Source: an uncultured Clostridia bacterium (GTDB taxonomy: Bacteria > CAYTYR01 > UBA6262). Taken from it: DNA of 64,000 nt. A model generated the notes under the pieces. It was not told where the DNA came from and did not search any database. It saw nothing but the letters and a program-made list of their open reading frames with translations. A program made the translations under genes and the position numbers. Position 1 is the stretch's first letter, and every line of letters begins with the position of its first letter. The DNA lies in the NCBI GenBank assembly GCA_964441745.1, contig CAYTYR010000001.1, positions 1 through 64,000 on the forward strand, in the 5' to 3' direction. Positions 48,097-56,833 of this stretch are shown here, piece by piece.

Positions 48097-49425
48097 CTAA
48101 CCAATAAAGACATCTTCCCGGGCATATCTATAAAGCACTTTTCTTGGTTTGGTGATAACCGCTGTAGCCACAATTAATGGCCCTACCCTGCCAATAAACA
48201 TGGTCAGTGATAATATCGCCCTGCCCGCATTACTCAAAGCCGCGGTGATCCCGGTAGATAATCCGGTATTTCCCAAAGCCGAAACAATTTCAAACAAAAC
48301 CTGGATAAAAGAAGCTTTTTCCGTAAAGGCCATGACCAAGGCATCAATGAAAATAATGGCCAGGAAGAAGATAAAGATTATCACCGCATTATATATCCCT
48401 TGATCACCTATTTCCCTTTTAAAAATATTAAAATTGCGATCGCGCAGTTTAGACCAGACCAGGAGGAATAATAGGGCAAACGTCGTGGTCTTTATTCCCC
48501 CTCCGGTGCTTCCCGGGGAAGCCCCGACGAACATCAGTAGCATGATCATGATCCAACTGGTCGGGCTCATCTTACCTATATCCAGCGTGTTAAACCCGTC
48601 AGTAGTAGAAGCGGATACCGCCTGAAAAACCGAGTGCATTCCTTTTTCATAATTATTCGCGGTTATGGGCTGCCAATCTTCAGCCATATAGATCACTGCC
48701 GTACCAGCCAAAATAATAATAAAGGTGGTAATTAATACCAGCTTAGTGTGGACGGCTAATCTAGCCGGATACTGCTTCCTGATCTTGCGGCCGATATAAG
48801 TCCTGATGTCGTCCAACACAAAAAATCCTAATCCACCCGCCAGGGAGAGGATATTGATAGTTACATTCAGCAATACATTATGCTGGTATTTCATTAAGCT
48901 ATCTGGGAATAATCCGAATCCGGCGGTACAGAACGTGGAAATCGAATGAAACAAGCCCAAATATAAAGCCGGCCACAGGGGATAATCCCTCAGCCAGATC
49001 AAGCTTAAGATTATGGCCCCGCTTAATTCAAAAAAACAGGTATACAACAATACTTTGCGGAAAAAACTTTCCAACAAATTAAGATCTGATCCCACTAATG
49101 ATTCCCTGGCGACCAAAGAGGTTTTCAGAGAGCGGCCCATCCCCAACATATAAGCGGTAAAAATAATGAAAGTCATATAGCCTATCCCGCCGATCTGAAA
49201 AATAACCAGCAGGACTATCTGCCCAAATAAGGAATAATAGCTGCCTATATCCACCACTGTAAGCCCGGAGGTACTGATCCCGGAACTCGCCAGGAACAGT
49301 GCATCCAGGAAAGGCTGGGTTTTACCCTGGCTCGAGGAAATGGGCAAAGATAGTATCATAGCCCCGATTAAGGTAATAAAAATATACCCAAAAAGCAATA
49401 ATTGATAGGGAGTGAGTTTTTTCAT
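48097..49425 (-). CDS. TrkH/KtrB family K+ uptake membrane subunit
   Basis: Pore motifs STSGLT, FCTAGF, TTDGFN, GNTGLS; GASPGSTGGGIKTTT. Confidence 0.9.
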   Translation of the reverse strand: MKKLTPYQLLLFGYIFITLIGAMILSLPISSSQGKTQPFLDALFLASSGISTSGLTVVDIGSYYSLFGQIVLLVIFQIGGIGYMTFIIFTAYMLGMGRSLKTSLVARESLVGSDLNLLESFFRKVLLYTCFFELSGAIILSLIWLRDYPLWPALYLGLFHSISTFCTAGFGLFPDSLMKYQHNVLLNVTINILSLAGGLGFFVLDDIRTYIGRKIRKQYPARLAVHTKLVLITTFIIILAGTAVIYMAEDWQPITANNYEKGMHSVFQAVSASTTDGFNTLDIGKMSPTSWIMIMLLMFVGASPGSTGGGIKTTTFALLFLLVWSKLRDRNFNIFKREIGDQGIYNAVIIFIFFLAIIFIDALVMAFTEKASFIQVLFEIVSALGNTGLSTGITAALSNAGRAILSLTMFIGRVGPLIVATAVITKPRKVLYRYAREDVFIG

Positions 49426-49472
49426 ACCTAAAACTTACTCCAGGATCAAGGGGAAGGCAAATCAATAAAAGG

Positions 49473-50177
49473 TCAAAAATCTTGCAGGCGATAACCGATA
49501 CAAGGTTCGGTCAGGATATAGGTAGGACGATCAGGATCTGGCTCGATCTTACTGCGCAGGTTACTGACGGTGACACGCAATAAATGAAAAACACCTTCTA
49601 ATTCATCGGTTTTATTCCAAACTTCCTTCAGGATCTGCCTATGCGTTAACACCTTTCCCGCGTTACGTACCATAAGTTTTATTATTTCATATTCAGTCGG
49701 AGTCAATTCTACCAGTTTACCACTTACCGTTACGAGACGCTTAGTAAAATCAATAATTAGTTTCCCGGTGCGAAAAATACTTTCCTGGTCCGCTGGCGTC
49801 AGACGGCGTAAAACCGCTCTGATCCGCGCCAGAAGTTCGGCGATATTAAAAGGTTTAGTTAAATAATCATCTGCTCCTTCTTCCAGCGCCGTCACTTTAT
49901 CCCCGACTTCTTCTCTAACCGATAATATTATGATCGGGGTTTTGGAACTTTTGCGAATCTGGCGGATTACTTTTATACCATCAATGTCCGGCAGGCCTAG
50001 GTCCAGTATTATGACATCGGGATTTAAAACTATCACTTTCTCCAAAGCTTCTTTACCACTCCCGGCTTCATAAATACTATAACCGCAAGCAGCCAAAGAT
50101 ACCCGCAGGAAATTCCTGATCGCTTTTTCGTCATCAACTATGAGGATCCGGATATCCTTATTTTTTTCCATCTTCAT
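49473..50177 (-). CDS. kdpE: KdpE-like response regulator
   Basis: LDLGLPD, DDYLTKPF, KIEPDPDRPTYILTE. Confidence 0.8.
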   Translation of the reverse strand: MKMEKNKDIRILIVDDEKAIRNFLRVSLAACGYSIYEAGSGKEALEKVIVLNPDVIILDLGLPDIDGIKVIRQIRKSSKTPIIILSVREEVGDKVTALEEGADDYLTKPFNIAELLARIRAVLRRLTPADQESIFRTGKLIIDFTKRLVTVSGKLVELTPTEYEIIKLMVRNAGKVLTHRQILKEVWNKTDELEGVFHLLRVTVSNLRSKIEPDPDRPTYILTEPCIGYRLQDF

Positions 50178-51246
50178 CTTGTCCTCCGCTGGTCCCTAAA
50201 GGCAGGCTAATGGCCAGCGTTGCTCCTCCAGTTGGGTTATTGCGGGCTGCGATCGCTCCATTATGCGCTTCGATAATCCCTTTACAGATGGAAAGCCCTA
50301 ATCCTGTCCCACTTACCCGGCCGGGACTTTTTGCCCGATAAAACTTTTCAAAAATGCGTTCCAGGTCTTCCGGAGGAATGCCTGGCCCTTGATCTATTAC
50401 TTCTATCCTTACTCCGTCAGTTATGACCGCGGCCTTTATCAGGATAGGCGAGCCAGGAGGAGAATAATTGATCGCGTTATCGATCAAATTATAAAAAGCC
50501 TTGATCATAAAAGAAAAATCCAGGTAGATTTCCGGACAATCTGCCGGGATATTTATTCTAATTTCCCGGCAGCCTACTTTCTCTTTTAGTGCTTCAAGGG
50601 AAGTTCCCAGAACATCCCTTAAATCACAAGGTTTTTTAGAAATACGCAATACTCCCGCTTCCATCTTTGTCATATCCAAGAGATTACTAACCAGGCGATT
50701 AAGACGGTCCGCTTCCTGCTTTGCGCCCTTTAAAAGCTCCTGGCTGGTTTTTTTATTAAGATCAAGATCATCATGGAGTATTGTGCTTAAGCTGCCGGTA
50801 ATAGTAGCTAAGGGGGTGCGCAGGTCATGAGAAATGGAATGCAAGAGAGCTGTCTGCAATTTCTCCGTTTCCTGTAATAACTCGACTTTCTGCGCTTTAA
50901 TGGTCTGTTCCCGTACCCTGGAAGCTAAAGTACTGACCACTAATCCAACTATGAGCAAGCCGATGAAGGTAAAAATATAATGGACGCTGGCTACGGTAAA
51001 AGTATAATAGGGCGGGACTAGAAAGAAGTCAAAGGAGAGCACGCCAATAATTGAAGCAGTAATAGCCGGGCCTTTACCCCAGTTAATAGCCGCGATAACA
51101 ACCGCCAGCAGATAAAACATAACCAGGTTGGTGGGCTCTATCTTCCCTTTAATAAAAATACCAAATAAAGTAGTTATTAATACCAACCCGATACTAAATA
51201 AATACGGTAAAACTTTATTATTTTTTGCAATTAAGTTAATAGCCAT
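50158..51246 (-). CDS. Short KdpD-like sensor kinase (DUF4118 + HisKA + HATPase)
   Basis: FDFFLVPPYYT 4-TM segment, SISHDLRTPL, GLGLSIC. Confidence 0.85.
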   Translation of the reverse strand: MAINLIAKNNKVLPYLFSIGLVLITTLFGIFIKGKIEPTNLVMFYLLAVVIAAINWGKGPAITASIIGVLSFDFFLVPPYYTFTVASVHYIFTFIGLLIVGLVVSTLASRVREQTIKAQKVELLQETEKLQTALLHSISHDLRTPLATITGSLSTILHDDLDLNKKTSQELLKGAKQEADRLNRLVSNLLDMTKMEAGVLRISKKPCDLRDVLGTSLEALKEKVGCREIRINIPADCPEIYLDFSFMIKAFYNLIDNAINYSPPGSPILIKAAVITDGVRIEVIDQGPGIPPEDLERIFEKFYRAKSPGRVSGTGLGLSICKGIIEAHNGAIAARNNPTGGATLAISLPLGTSGGQDEDGKK

Positions 51247-51716
51247 TTAATTCCCACCACTCCAAAAACCAGACCCGCATTACAGGTCAAGATGCCAGCT
51301 ATGATCGCCAGGATACTTTTCCGCCGCCGCAATCCCAATAATCGCGCCAGCAAGACCCCTCCTAACACACCGCCGGTAAAAGCCGGCATCGCCACCACAA
51401 AAAAGACACCCCATCCGCCATATTTTTTAGCGGCTAAAAACGACTTGGAATGCATGATCTTGTTTCTTTGGGCTTGATATTTCTTTTTTAGCCGTTGTGC
51501 CCACACCATCCGGGAAGCCAGTGAACCAAACAGAAAATTGAAAAGCGGCACTTGTACCAGTTCGATAATAAGTAAATATATGAAAACTAATTGCCATGAA
51601 TCTAAAAGAGCAATCCCGATCGGGACTGCTCCTTTTCTGCCGGCCGCAATATAAATACCGGTTAAAGCTGCAAATGCGCTAAGATGTTTAAACATTTTCT
51701 TTTTCAATAATATCAA
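51231..51716 (-). CDS. Small multidrug-export-like membrane protein (COG2426-like)
   Basis: GAVPIG, FFVVAMP.FTGG motifs. Confidence 0.6.
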   Translation of the reverse strand: MILLKKKMFKHLSAFAALTGIYIAAGRKGAVPIGIALLDSWQLVFIYLLIIELVQVPLFNFLFGSLASRMVWAQRLKKKYQAQRNKIMHSKSFLAAKKYGGWGVFFVVAMPAFTGGVLGGVLLARLLGLRRRKSILAIIAGILTCNAGLVFGVVGIKWLLT

Positions 51717-52368
51717 TGATTTCTTTAATATCGTTTATTTCATAATCAGCGCCGCTTTCCTTGGTTTCAAATAGATTACCATAACGGGCAAAAATAGTTT
51801 TCATTCCGACTTGCTTGGCCCCCACTACATCGCGTTCCGCCCAATCTCCCACCATGACCACATGCTGCGGATCCAGTGACCATAACTCTAATAATTTACG
51901 GAAAGGTTTGGGACTGGGTTTGCGCTCACCGGTATCATCAAAGGTAATAACCTGGTCAAAGATCGGATGCAAATTAAAAGAACATAAGCGCATCCACACT
52001 GCCAGCCGGGGGGCGTCACTGATCACCGCCATCTTGATCCCCCGCTTGGCAATACCGATCAAGGTGGACATAACATGCGGATAAAGAGTCAACGCTCCTT
52101 CTTTGGCCCGGCGGTAACCGATTATACCCGCGGCCAGGATCTTGTAATCAATTTTACCGAATTCCTGTAATAATATTTTGTCAAAAATCTGCTGATCTTC
52201 GATCCCTTCAACAGAATATAGATTAAAGATCCGGTTGATCATCTCTTCCTTCGAAAGGTCCAGCCCGGCATCAATCATGGCTTCCACTGCTGCTTCTACC
52301 GCCACCCGCTTGGCTTTCATGAAATCCCAGAGGGTATTATCCAAATCAAAAACCACTGCCTGGATCAT
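51688..52368 (-). CDS. HAD superfamily hydrolase
   Basis: FDLDNTL, KPSP, MVGD...DVVGA. Confidence 0.9.
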   Translation of the reverse strand: MIQAVVFDLDNTLWDFMKAKRVAVEAAVEAMIDAGLDLSKEEMINRIFNLYSVEGIEDQQIFDKILLQEFGKIDYKILAAGIIGYRRAKEGALTLYPHVMSTLIGIAKRGIKMAVISDAPRLAVWMRLCSFNLHPIFDQVITFDDTGERKPSPKPFRKLLELWSLDPQHVVMVGDWAERDVVGAKQVGMKTIFARYGNLFETKESGADYEINDIKEIIDIIEKENV

Positions 52369-52429
52369 ATTTTATCCTTTTTATTTTTTTCATCATCTAT
52401 TTTTTCAAACCAACAGCGATCTGAGCAAA

Positions 52430-52493
52430 ACGTAACCTAAAAATCAGCGGCCTGGAAGCGGTTCATTTGAGCCGCTGGATGAAATGGTTATGC
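52430..52493 (-). repeat. attC site
   Basis: R'' GCATAAC (overlaps antitoxin stop) ... R' GTTACGT; TCAGCGG/CCGCTGG arms. Confidence 0.8.
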
Positions 52494-52760
52494 AGTCTTT
52501 ATTTTTATATCGCCTTCAATGTAACGGTGGATTATGCCGGAAATCAATGTTTGGTAGGGGATTCCCATTTCCATGGCTTTTTTCTGAATGCCCATAAAAT
52601 CATGACTATAGAGCCTGATGGTAACACTGCGGTCTTTTTTGAATGTATTATCGGCAGCGGATTTGATAGCTTCGATTTCACTTTTTGATGGCGCCGCTAG
52701 TTTGATTTTGCCTTTTTCTAATGCGTCAAGAATATATTTTTCTTCTTTACTATGTTTCAT
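52488..52760 (-). CDS. Antitoxin (CopG/BrnA-like RHH)
   Basis: VTIRL...IQKKA...GIPYQTLI. Confidence 0.85.
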   Translation of the reverse strand: MKHSKEEKYILDALEKGKIKLAAPSKSEIEAIKSAADNTFKKDRSVTIRLYSHDFMGIQKKAMEMGIPYQTLISGIIHRYIEGDIKIKTA

Positions 52761-52770
52761 ATCAAATCTC

Positions 52771-53040
52771 CTATTCTTTTCTGAATAATTTAGTTGCTTT
52801 TCGGCTGGGGATAATTGTCTTTAAAAATATATAGTCTTTTTCAATAATATGAGGCACTAAATAGATATAATTATCAATAATGAGAAAGTATATTTTTTGC
52901 CCGCGATATTTTTTTTGATCCGGGTGGTCGGCTATTTTCCAGATATTGCCTTGCGATAAATGGAAAACAACGCGTTCAAACGATATCCCGCGGTTACTTT
53001 TAAGCCATTCATTTTTGGCCGGGTCCCATTCGTATTTCAT
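52771..53040 (-). CDS. BrnT-like toxin
   Basis: WDPAKNEWLK.NRGISFE...KTIIPSRK. Confidence 0.85.
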   Translation of the reverse strand: MKYEWDPAKNEWLKSNRGISFERVVFHLSQGNIWKIADHPDQKKYRGQKIYFLIIDNYIYLVPHIIEKDYIFLKTIIPSRKATKLFRKE

Positions 53041-53046
53041 ATATTA

Positions 53047-53075
53047 AGTGTACACTATTGGTATGTACATGTCAA
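53047..53075 (-). promoter_or_regulatory. TA promoter TTGACA-N17-TACACT with TGTACA repeats; probably leaderless
   Basis: -10 ends 6 nt before the ATG at 53040; no RBS. Confidence 0.65.
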
Positions 53076-53088
53076 GGGTAATTTCTTG

Positions 53089-53134
53089 CGCCAACCTGAA
53101 CAATGCGGCAGGTTAGAAGGGCTGGTTGTTAGTA
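53089..53134 (-). repeat. Degenerate/short attC
   Basis: Minus strand TACTAAC or TTCTAAC ... GTTGGCG, only 30-46 bp. Confidence 0.45.
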
Positions 53135-53193
53135 AATAATATTTCGAATTTCTACCAATTTATTAATAGTCCATTTATCTTGCTATCCAATTA

Positions 53194-53905
53194 TTATGGC
53201 TCTATCTTTTCTTTTTCAATTTTCTGCAAATATTCTTTAAGTTTCTTTGCGTCAGCCTTAGCGATGATTAACTCTCTGACCGGTAAGCCACTGGTTTGAC
53301 CAGTGGACTCATAAAGGTTTGACCTTGCATAATGCGTAAGATAGGGAGAGGAAGTAAAATCCTCCTAATTGGCTTGGCGGACAAGACCAAAAAGAAGAGG
53401 ATGTATGGAAGGATATCAGAGTTTAGCACATTCGAGGTATGATTGTAAATATCATTTAGTGTTTGTGCCGAAGATGAGGCGGAAGAAATTGTAGGGGAAG
53501 ATACGGGAGTATCTGAAGGGAGTGTTTCACGAGTTGGCGCGACAAAAGGGAAGCGTGCGATAGCCGTGGCGCGGCATTTTTGGGAAACGGGAGAATTTTC
53601 TGGGAGAGAATCTGTGGGCGCGAGGATATGCTGTATCGACCGTTGGGTTCGAACTGGGAAAAGTGAACGCCTACATTGAGAGCCAGGAAAAACTTGAGTC
53701 GGCTCAAGAAGCGAGAAAATTCTAAGAAGACGCAAAGAGGGAAATAGCCGTCTTTGAGACGGCTCATATCCGTCAAGCCACCCTCTTTGAGGGTGCGTTC
53801 TGACTTGTAAATGCCACCAATGTATGGTTGGTATTCATCATGGGCTTCAGATTCATTATTTATACCTATTGGATCCCAATTCCCAGAGTATTTCATAAAT
53901 ATCAA
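53194..53905 (-). pseudogene. Cassette ORF (WDPIG...DEY type) split by an IS200-type relic
   Basis: Removing 53273-53804 restores ...YIGGIYK|LIIAKADAKKLKEYLQKIEKEKIEP*. Confidence 0.7.
53273..53804 (+). mobile_element. IS200/IS605-family element, 532 bp, non-autonomous (decayed tnpA at 53405-53725)
   Basis: MEGYQSLAHSRYDCKYHLVFVPK..*..ELARQKG / LWARGYAVSTVG; end hairpins; inserted 3' of TAAC, ends in TGAC, no TSD. Confidence 0.9.
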
Positions 53906-53927
53906 CCCATATTTTTTATTTTTATTA

Positions 53928-53999
53928 GTCTAACATAGAAATCAGCGGTGGACGCCGCGCGAAGCGCGGGTTACGTCCGCTGGATTGACCTTGTTAGAT
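53928..53999 (-). repeat. attC site
   Basis: R'' ATCTAAC ... R' GTTAGAC; CAGCGG-GACG-CCGCGC / GCGCGG-CGTC-CGCTG arms. Confidence 0.9.
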
Positions 54000-54024
54000 T
54001 GTTTTTCTAAAATCTTTTCTATAT

Positions 54025-54465
54025 TTATTTTTTTTTTATGATCAAGGTTGCTAAAAGGTATGGTGCTAACCCAAAAAGCACAAAGAACCCTCCTAATAAA
54101 CTACATAAAATGATTGGGGCATAAACTACAAATGGGCTATCTATCATAGATTTTCTTGATATTGGATCAAATAATACCATAACGTTATCCCCTGGTGAAT
54201 ATCCGGATGGAAACATGGCAACCGCGGATTTGAAATATATTAGTTTACCCTGAGGAGAGCGGAACTGTATTATTGGGGCGATACTGAATCCTTCTGACGA
54301 ATCAATATAATCTAAATCAACCACAATTCCGGGAATTCGAATTGCTCTATTCTTGTGCTCCATGCGTTTTGACTGTAAATAAATCCCTGCTGCGATAACC
54401 ATGAGTCCTATAAGTACAGATGGCAAAGCGATTCGCAATGAAGGAATCCATTTTTTTATATCCAT
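54025..54465 (-). CDS. DUF3592-like membrane protein (cassette)
   Basis: Two TM flanking G.VV...PIIQF...Y.PGD.V.V.FDP. Confidence 0.7.
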   Translation of the reverse strand: MDIKKWIPSLRIALPSVLIGLMVIAAGIYLQSKRMEHKNRAIRIPGIVVDLDYIDSSEGFSIAPIIQFRSPQGKLIYFKSAVAMFPSGYSPGDNVMVLFDPISRKSMIDSPFVVYAPIILCSLLGGFFVLFGLAPYLLATLIIKKK

Positions 54466-54474
54466 ATATTTTTA

Positions 54475-54550
54475 ATCTAACATCGGAAATCACCCGCTTT
54501 TTCCCAGAGCGAAGCGGCGGGAAAAAGTCGGGTGCATTGACTTGTTAGAT
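54475..54550 (-). repeat. attC site
   Basis: R'' ATCTAAC ... R' GTTAGAT; CACCCG-CTTTTTCCC / GGGAAAAAG-T-CGGGTG arms. Confidence 0.92.
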
Positions 54551-54553
54551 ATT

Positions 54554-54925
54554 TTATTCTATTTCTTTTAATATCGTTTTAGTCGTTTCTTTAAGTAATG
54601 GGATTTTATTCTTACATATTTCATAAATAGCTTCAGCATTGATATCAATGTAATGATGCGTGATAATATCTCTTAATCCTTTTACTTTTTTCCATTCAAT
54701 TTCAGGATATTGGCGTAAAATAGAATTTTCTGTGACTTTATCAAAGTTTTTGAGGCCTTCGCCAATTACGATTAGTTGCATACAAATAGAATCTAATTTT
54801 TCCATTCCCTCGGGAGTATTTGTAAAATCATTGACGCTTTCAATTGAGTCAAACCGTTTTAAAATAAGTTCAATGGCATGGTATATTTGTTGCAATATTT
54901 CTTTGGCAAGATCTTTGTCATACAT
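54554..54925 (-). CDS. HepT-like (DUF86) HEPN RNase toxin
   Basis: GLRDIITHHY Rx4H motif, IGEG, PEIEW. Confidence 0.88.
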   Translation of the reverse strand: MYDKDLAKEILQQIYHAIELILKRFDSIESVNDFTNTPEGMEKLDSICMQLIVIGEGLKNFDKVTENSILRQYPEIEWKKVKGLRDIITHHYIDINAEAIYEICKNKIPLLKETTKTILKEIE

Positions 54926-55208
54926 AAACAGCCTCCTTATCTATCCGTTTTTTCAAAAATGAATTCATTTTTTCTCTGTAACTGACAACATCTACGGGGG
55001 TATTTAAACTTTCTTCCAAGCCTTGTTTAATGCCGATAATCTCAAATAAGTCTTGTTTTGTCAGAACCACAACAATGTCAATATCACTATTGTCATTCGC
55101 TACATCTCTAGCAACTGACCCAAAAACTCCAAGACGTTCTATGTGGTATTTGTTTTTGTTTTCTTCTTTGAATTTTCTTAAATATTTTATTACTTCTTTA
55201 CGATTCAT
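54918..55208 (-). CDS. MntA-like minimal nucleotidyltransferase antitoxin
   Basis: FGSVAR...SDIDIVV, VDVV. Confidence 0.9.
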   Translation of the reverse strand: MNRKEVIKYLRKFKEENKNKYHIERLGVFGSVARDVANDNSDIDIVVVLTKQDLFEIIGIKQGLEESLNTPVDVVSYREKMNSFLKKRIDKEAVYV

Positions 55209-55246
55209 TATCGGGCCTCCTATATTTTGTTAGATGTTTTTATTCT

Positions 55247-55849
55247 TTATTCCGCAGCTCCTATTGCTTGCATATATGCAAGAGTAGGAACCTGCGCTAT
55301 GGATGCAATACCTACACCCATTCCAGATTCATAAAGTTTAATCATATTTCTGGCGGTTTTTGTAAAAACCTCTATGCATTCCTTGTCATCGCGAGTCATG
55401 GAAATTGCGTATTGCATAAGAGCTAAAGCAGAATAGACAGCTTGCTGTTCCGTGCCATGCGGAGGCAGCCAAGTTTTAATGGTTCGTTCTATTGAGCCTT
55501 TTGCATAGAATTCCCCTGCAAATTTGATATTTCCTTGTGTTACGCTGGTAGTATACTGAATAACATCATCTAAATTAGCCTTTTGAAAACAATTAGTATC
55601 TTTATTTATATCGCTCTCCACAATTTTTGTTAAGGCGCCTATGGCCATATTGGCACTTACATTATTTGGGTAGCCTAAATTATAAATCATTTTTGCCTCA
55701 TAATAAGTCCATAGTCGTATATAGTCAGGAGTAGGAATTATTGAAACATTTTTATTTACATTTACGCCAACTTTATTGTTGTCATTAAAGATAATTTCAA
55801 ACGACAACACCTTTTTTCTTCCAATGAGTGCTTCAAGAAAACCCATCAT
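55247..55849 (-). CDS. Hypothetical protein (cassette)
   Basis: 200-aa ORF with AGGAGG RBS just after the attC. Confidence 0.75.
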   Translation of the reverse strand: MMGFLEALIGRKKVLSFEIIFNDNNKVGVNVNKNVSIIPTPDYIRLWTYYEAKMIYNLGYPNNVSANMAIGALTKIVESDINKDTNCFQKANLDDVIQYTTSVTQGNIKFAGEFYAKGSIERTIKTWLPPHGTEQQAVYSALALMQYAISMTRDDKECIEVFTKTARNMIKLYESGMGVGIASIAQVPTLAYMQAIGAAE

Positions 55850-55871
55850 TTCCTCCTTTTTTTATTTTTAT

Positions 55872-55949
55872 ATTTAACACCCGAAATCAGCGGCTTTGCC
55901 GAAGCCCGAAGGGCGGCGGGTAACAGTCGGGTGTAGTGCGTCGTTATCT
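55872..55949 (-). repeat. attC site
   Basis: R'' AGATAAC ... R' GTTAAAT; shares GAAATCAGCGG with other array attCs. Confidence 0.85.
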
Positions 55950-55957
55950 GGGTTTAT

Positions 55958-56650
55958 TTATAATTCTGAGCCTTTACCCCAGTTGCATTTTTGACACAAG
56001 GTTTGTAAATTATTAATGACTGTTTCTCCACCTTTTGAAAATGGTTTTATATGGTCAATGTGCAAAAATATATTTCTGTGAGTTGCTGGGCTTCTTCCAC
56101 AATAAACACATTTAAAGTTATCTCTTTGCAATACCCGAACTCTTAATTTGTATGGAATTTCTCTCTTGTTCTTCTGTGGTATTGTTTTTGTAATTTTAGT
56201 ATTTTGGATTAGTGTTTTCTGTTTTGGTTCAGGAGATTCATTCTCTTTGAATTCTATGAATTTTAGGCAAGCATTTACCCAGCCATTGAATCGAGTTTTA
56301 TATGTTGTATAAGAATATTTAGGGCTTGAGTTGTCCCATTCATTTTTTGATGGTCTATGACCAAGTTCTTTCCATACTCGAGCTAACTCATCGAATAGTT
56401 CTTTATCAGTGATTTGAATCTTTGATATTTTGGGTCGTGGTTTCAAATTACAGCCGATTGAATCCAATGCTTTTTGCCATGAGCCAAACATATTTAGTAC
56501 CGAAGTTCCTTTGCAATTGGATGCAATTTTGTCAAATTCGTGTCTTGTAAAACGAGTATAGTTGTAGTGTTTTGCGACACGCTTTAGTTCATTGATAATT
56601 ACATCTTTTTTTATTTTATTTATTGGGTCCCGATTTATTTGATATTTCAT
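55958..56650 (-). CDS. HNH endonuclease with two homing-endonuclease-associated repeats (first cassette)
   Basis: FGSWQKAL / FNGWVNAC repeats; RDNFKCVYCG...HIDHI.P.SKGG...NLQTLCQKCN. Confidence 0.85.
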   Translation of the reverse strand: MKYQINRDPINKIKKDVIINELKRVAKHYNYTRFTRHEFDKIASNCKGTSVLNMFGSWQKALDSIGCNLKPRPKISKIQITDKELFDELARVWKELGHRPSKNEWDNSSPKYSYTTYKTRFNGWVNACLKFIEFKENESPEPKQKTLIQNTKITKTIPQKNKREIPYKLRVRVLQRDNFKCVYCGRSPATHRNIFLHIDHIKPFSKGGETVINNLQTLCQKCNWGKGSEL

Positions 56651-56662
56651 ATTATTTTTTTC

Positions 56663-56681
56663 ACATAACAATTATTATACG
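56663..56681 (-). other. Putative attI recombination point (G/TTATGT)
   Basis: GTTATGT 13 bp upstream of the first cassette ATG; matches the complement of that cassette's R'' (AGATAAC) at 6/7. Confidence 0.55.
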
Positions 56682-56720
56682 ACCTTCGTTTTTTGTGGTA
56701 CTTGTATAGTTGTTTAATTG

Positions 56721-56749
56721 AAAATACCTTAATTTTTAGCGGTTGTCAA
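56721..56749 (-). promoter_or_regulatory. Putative cassette promoter Pc, TTGACA-N17-TATTTT
   Basis: Points into the array from the intI-attI spacer. Confidence 0.55.
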
Positions 56750-56833
56750 TAAAAAAAAGTTTGCCTGATTTCTCTTTTTATGTATAATAGCACAAAATAC
56801 GTATTTCGCTTTTCATAGGGGCTCAATATTATC

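Noticed and set aside
33548-53190. Shared 12-mer CTTGCTATCCAA near both TA operons
   Set aside because: Different positions relative to the attC-like sites and promoters; likely coincidence in AT-rich DNA.
53268-53905. ORF-track proteins 53268-53735 and 53456-53905
   Set aside because: Both read antisense through the IS relic; only the first ~34 codons of the second are real host sequence.
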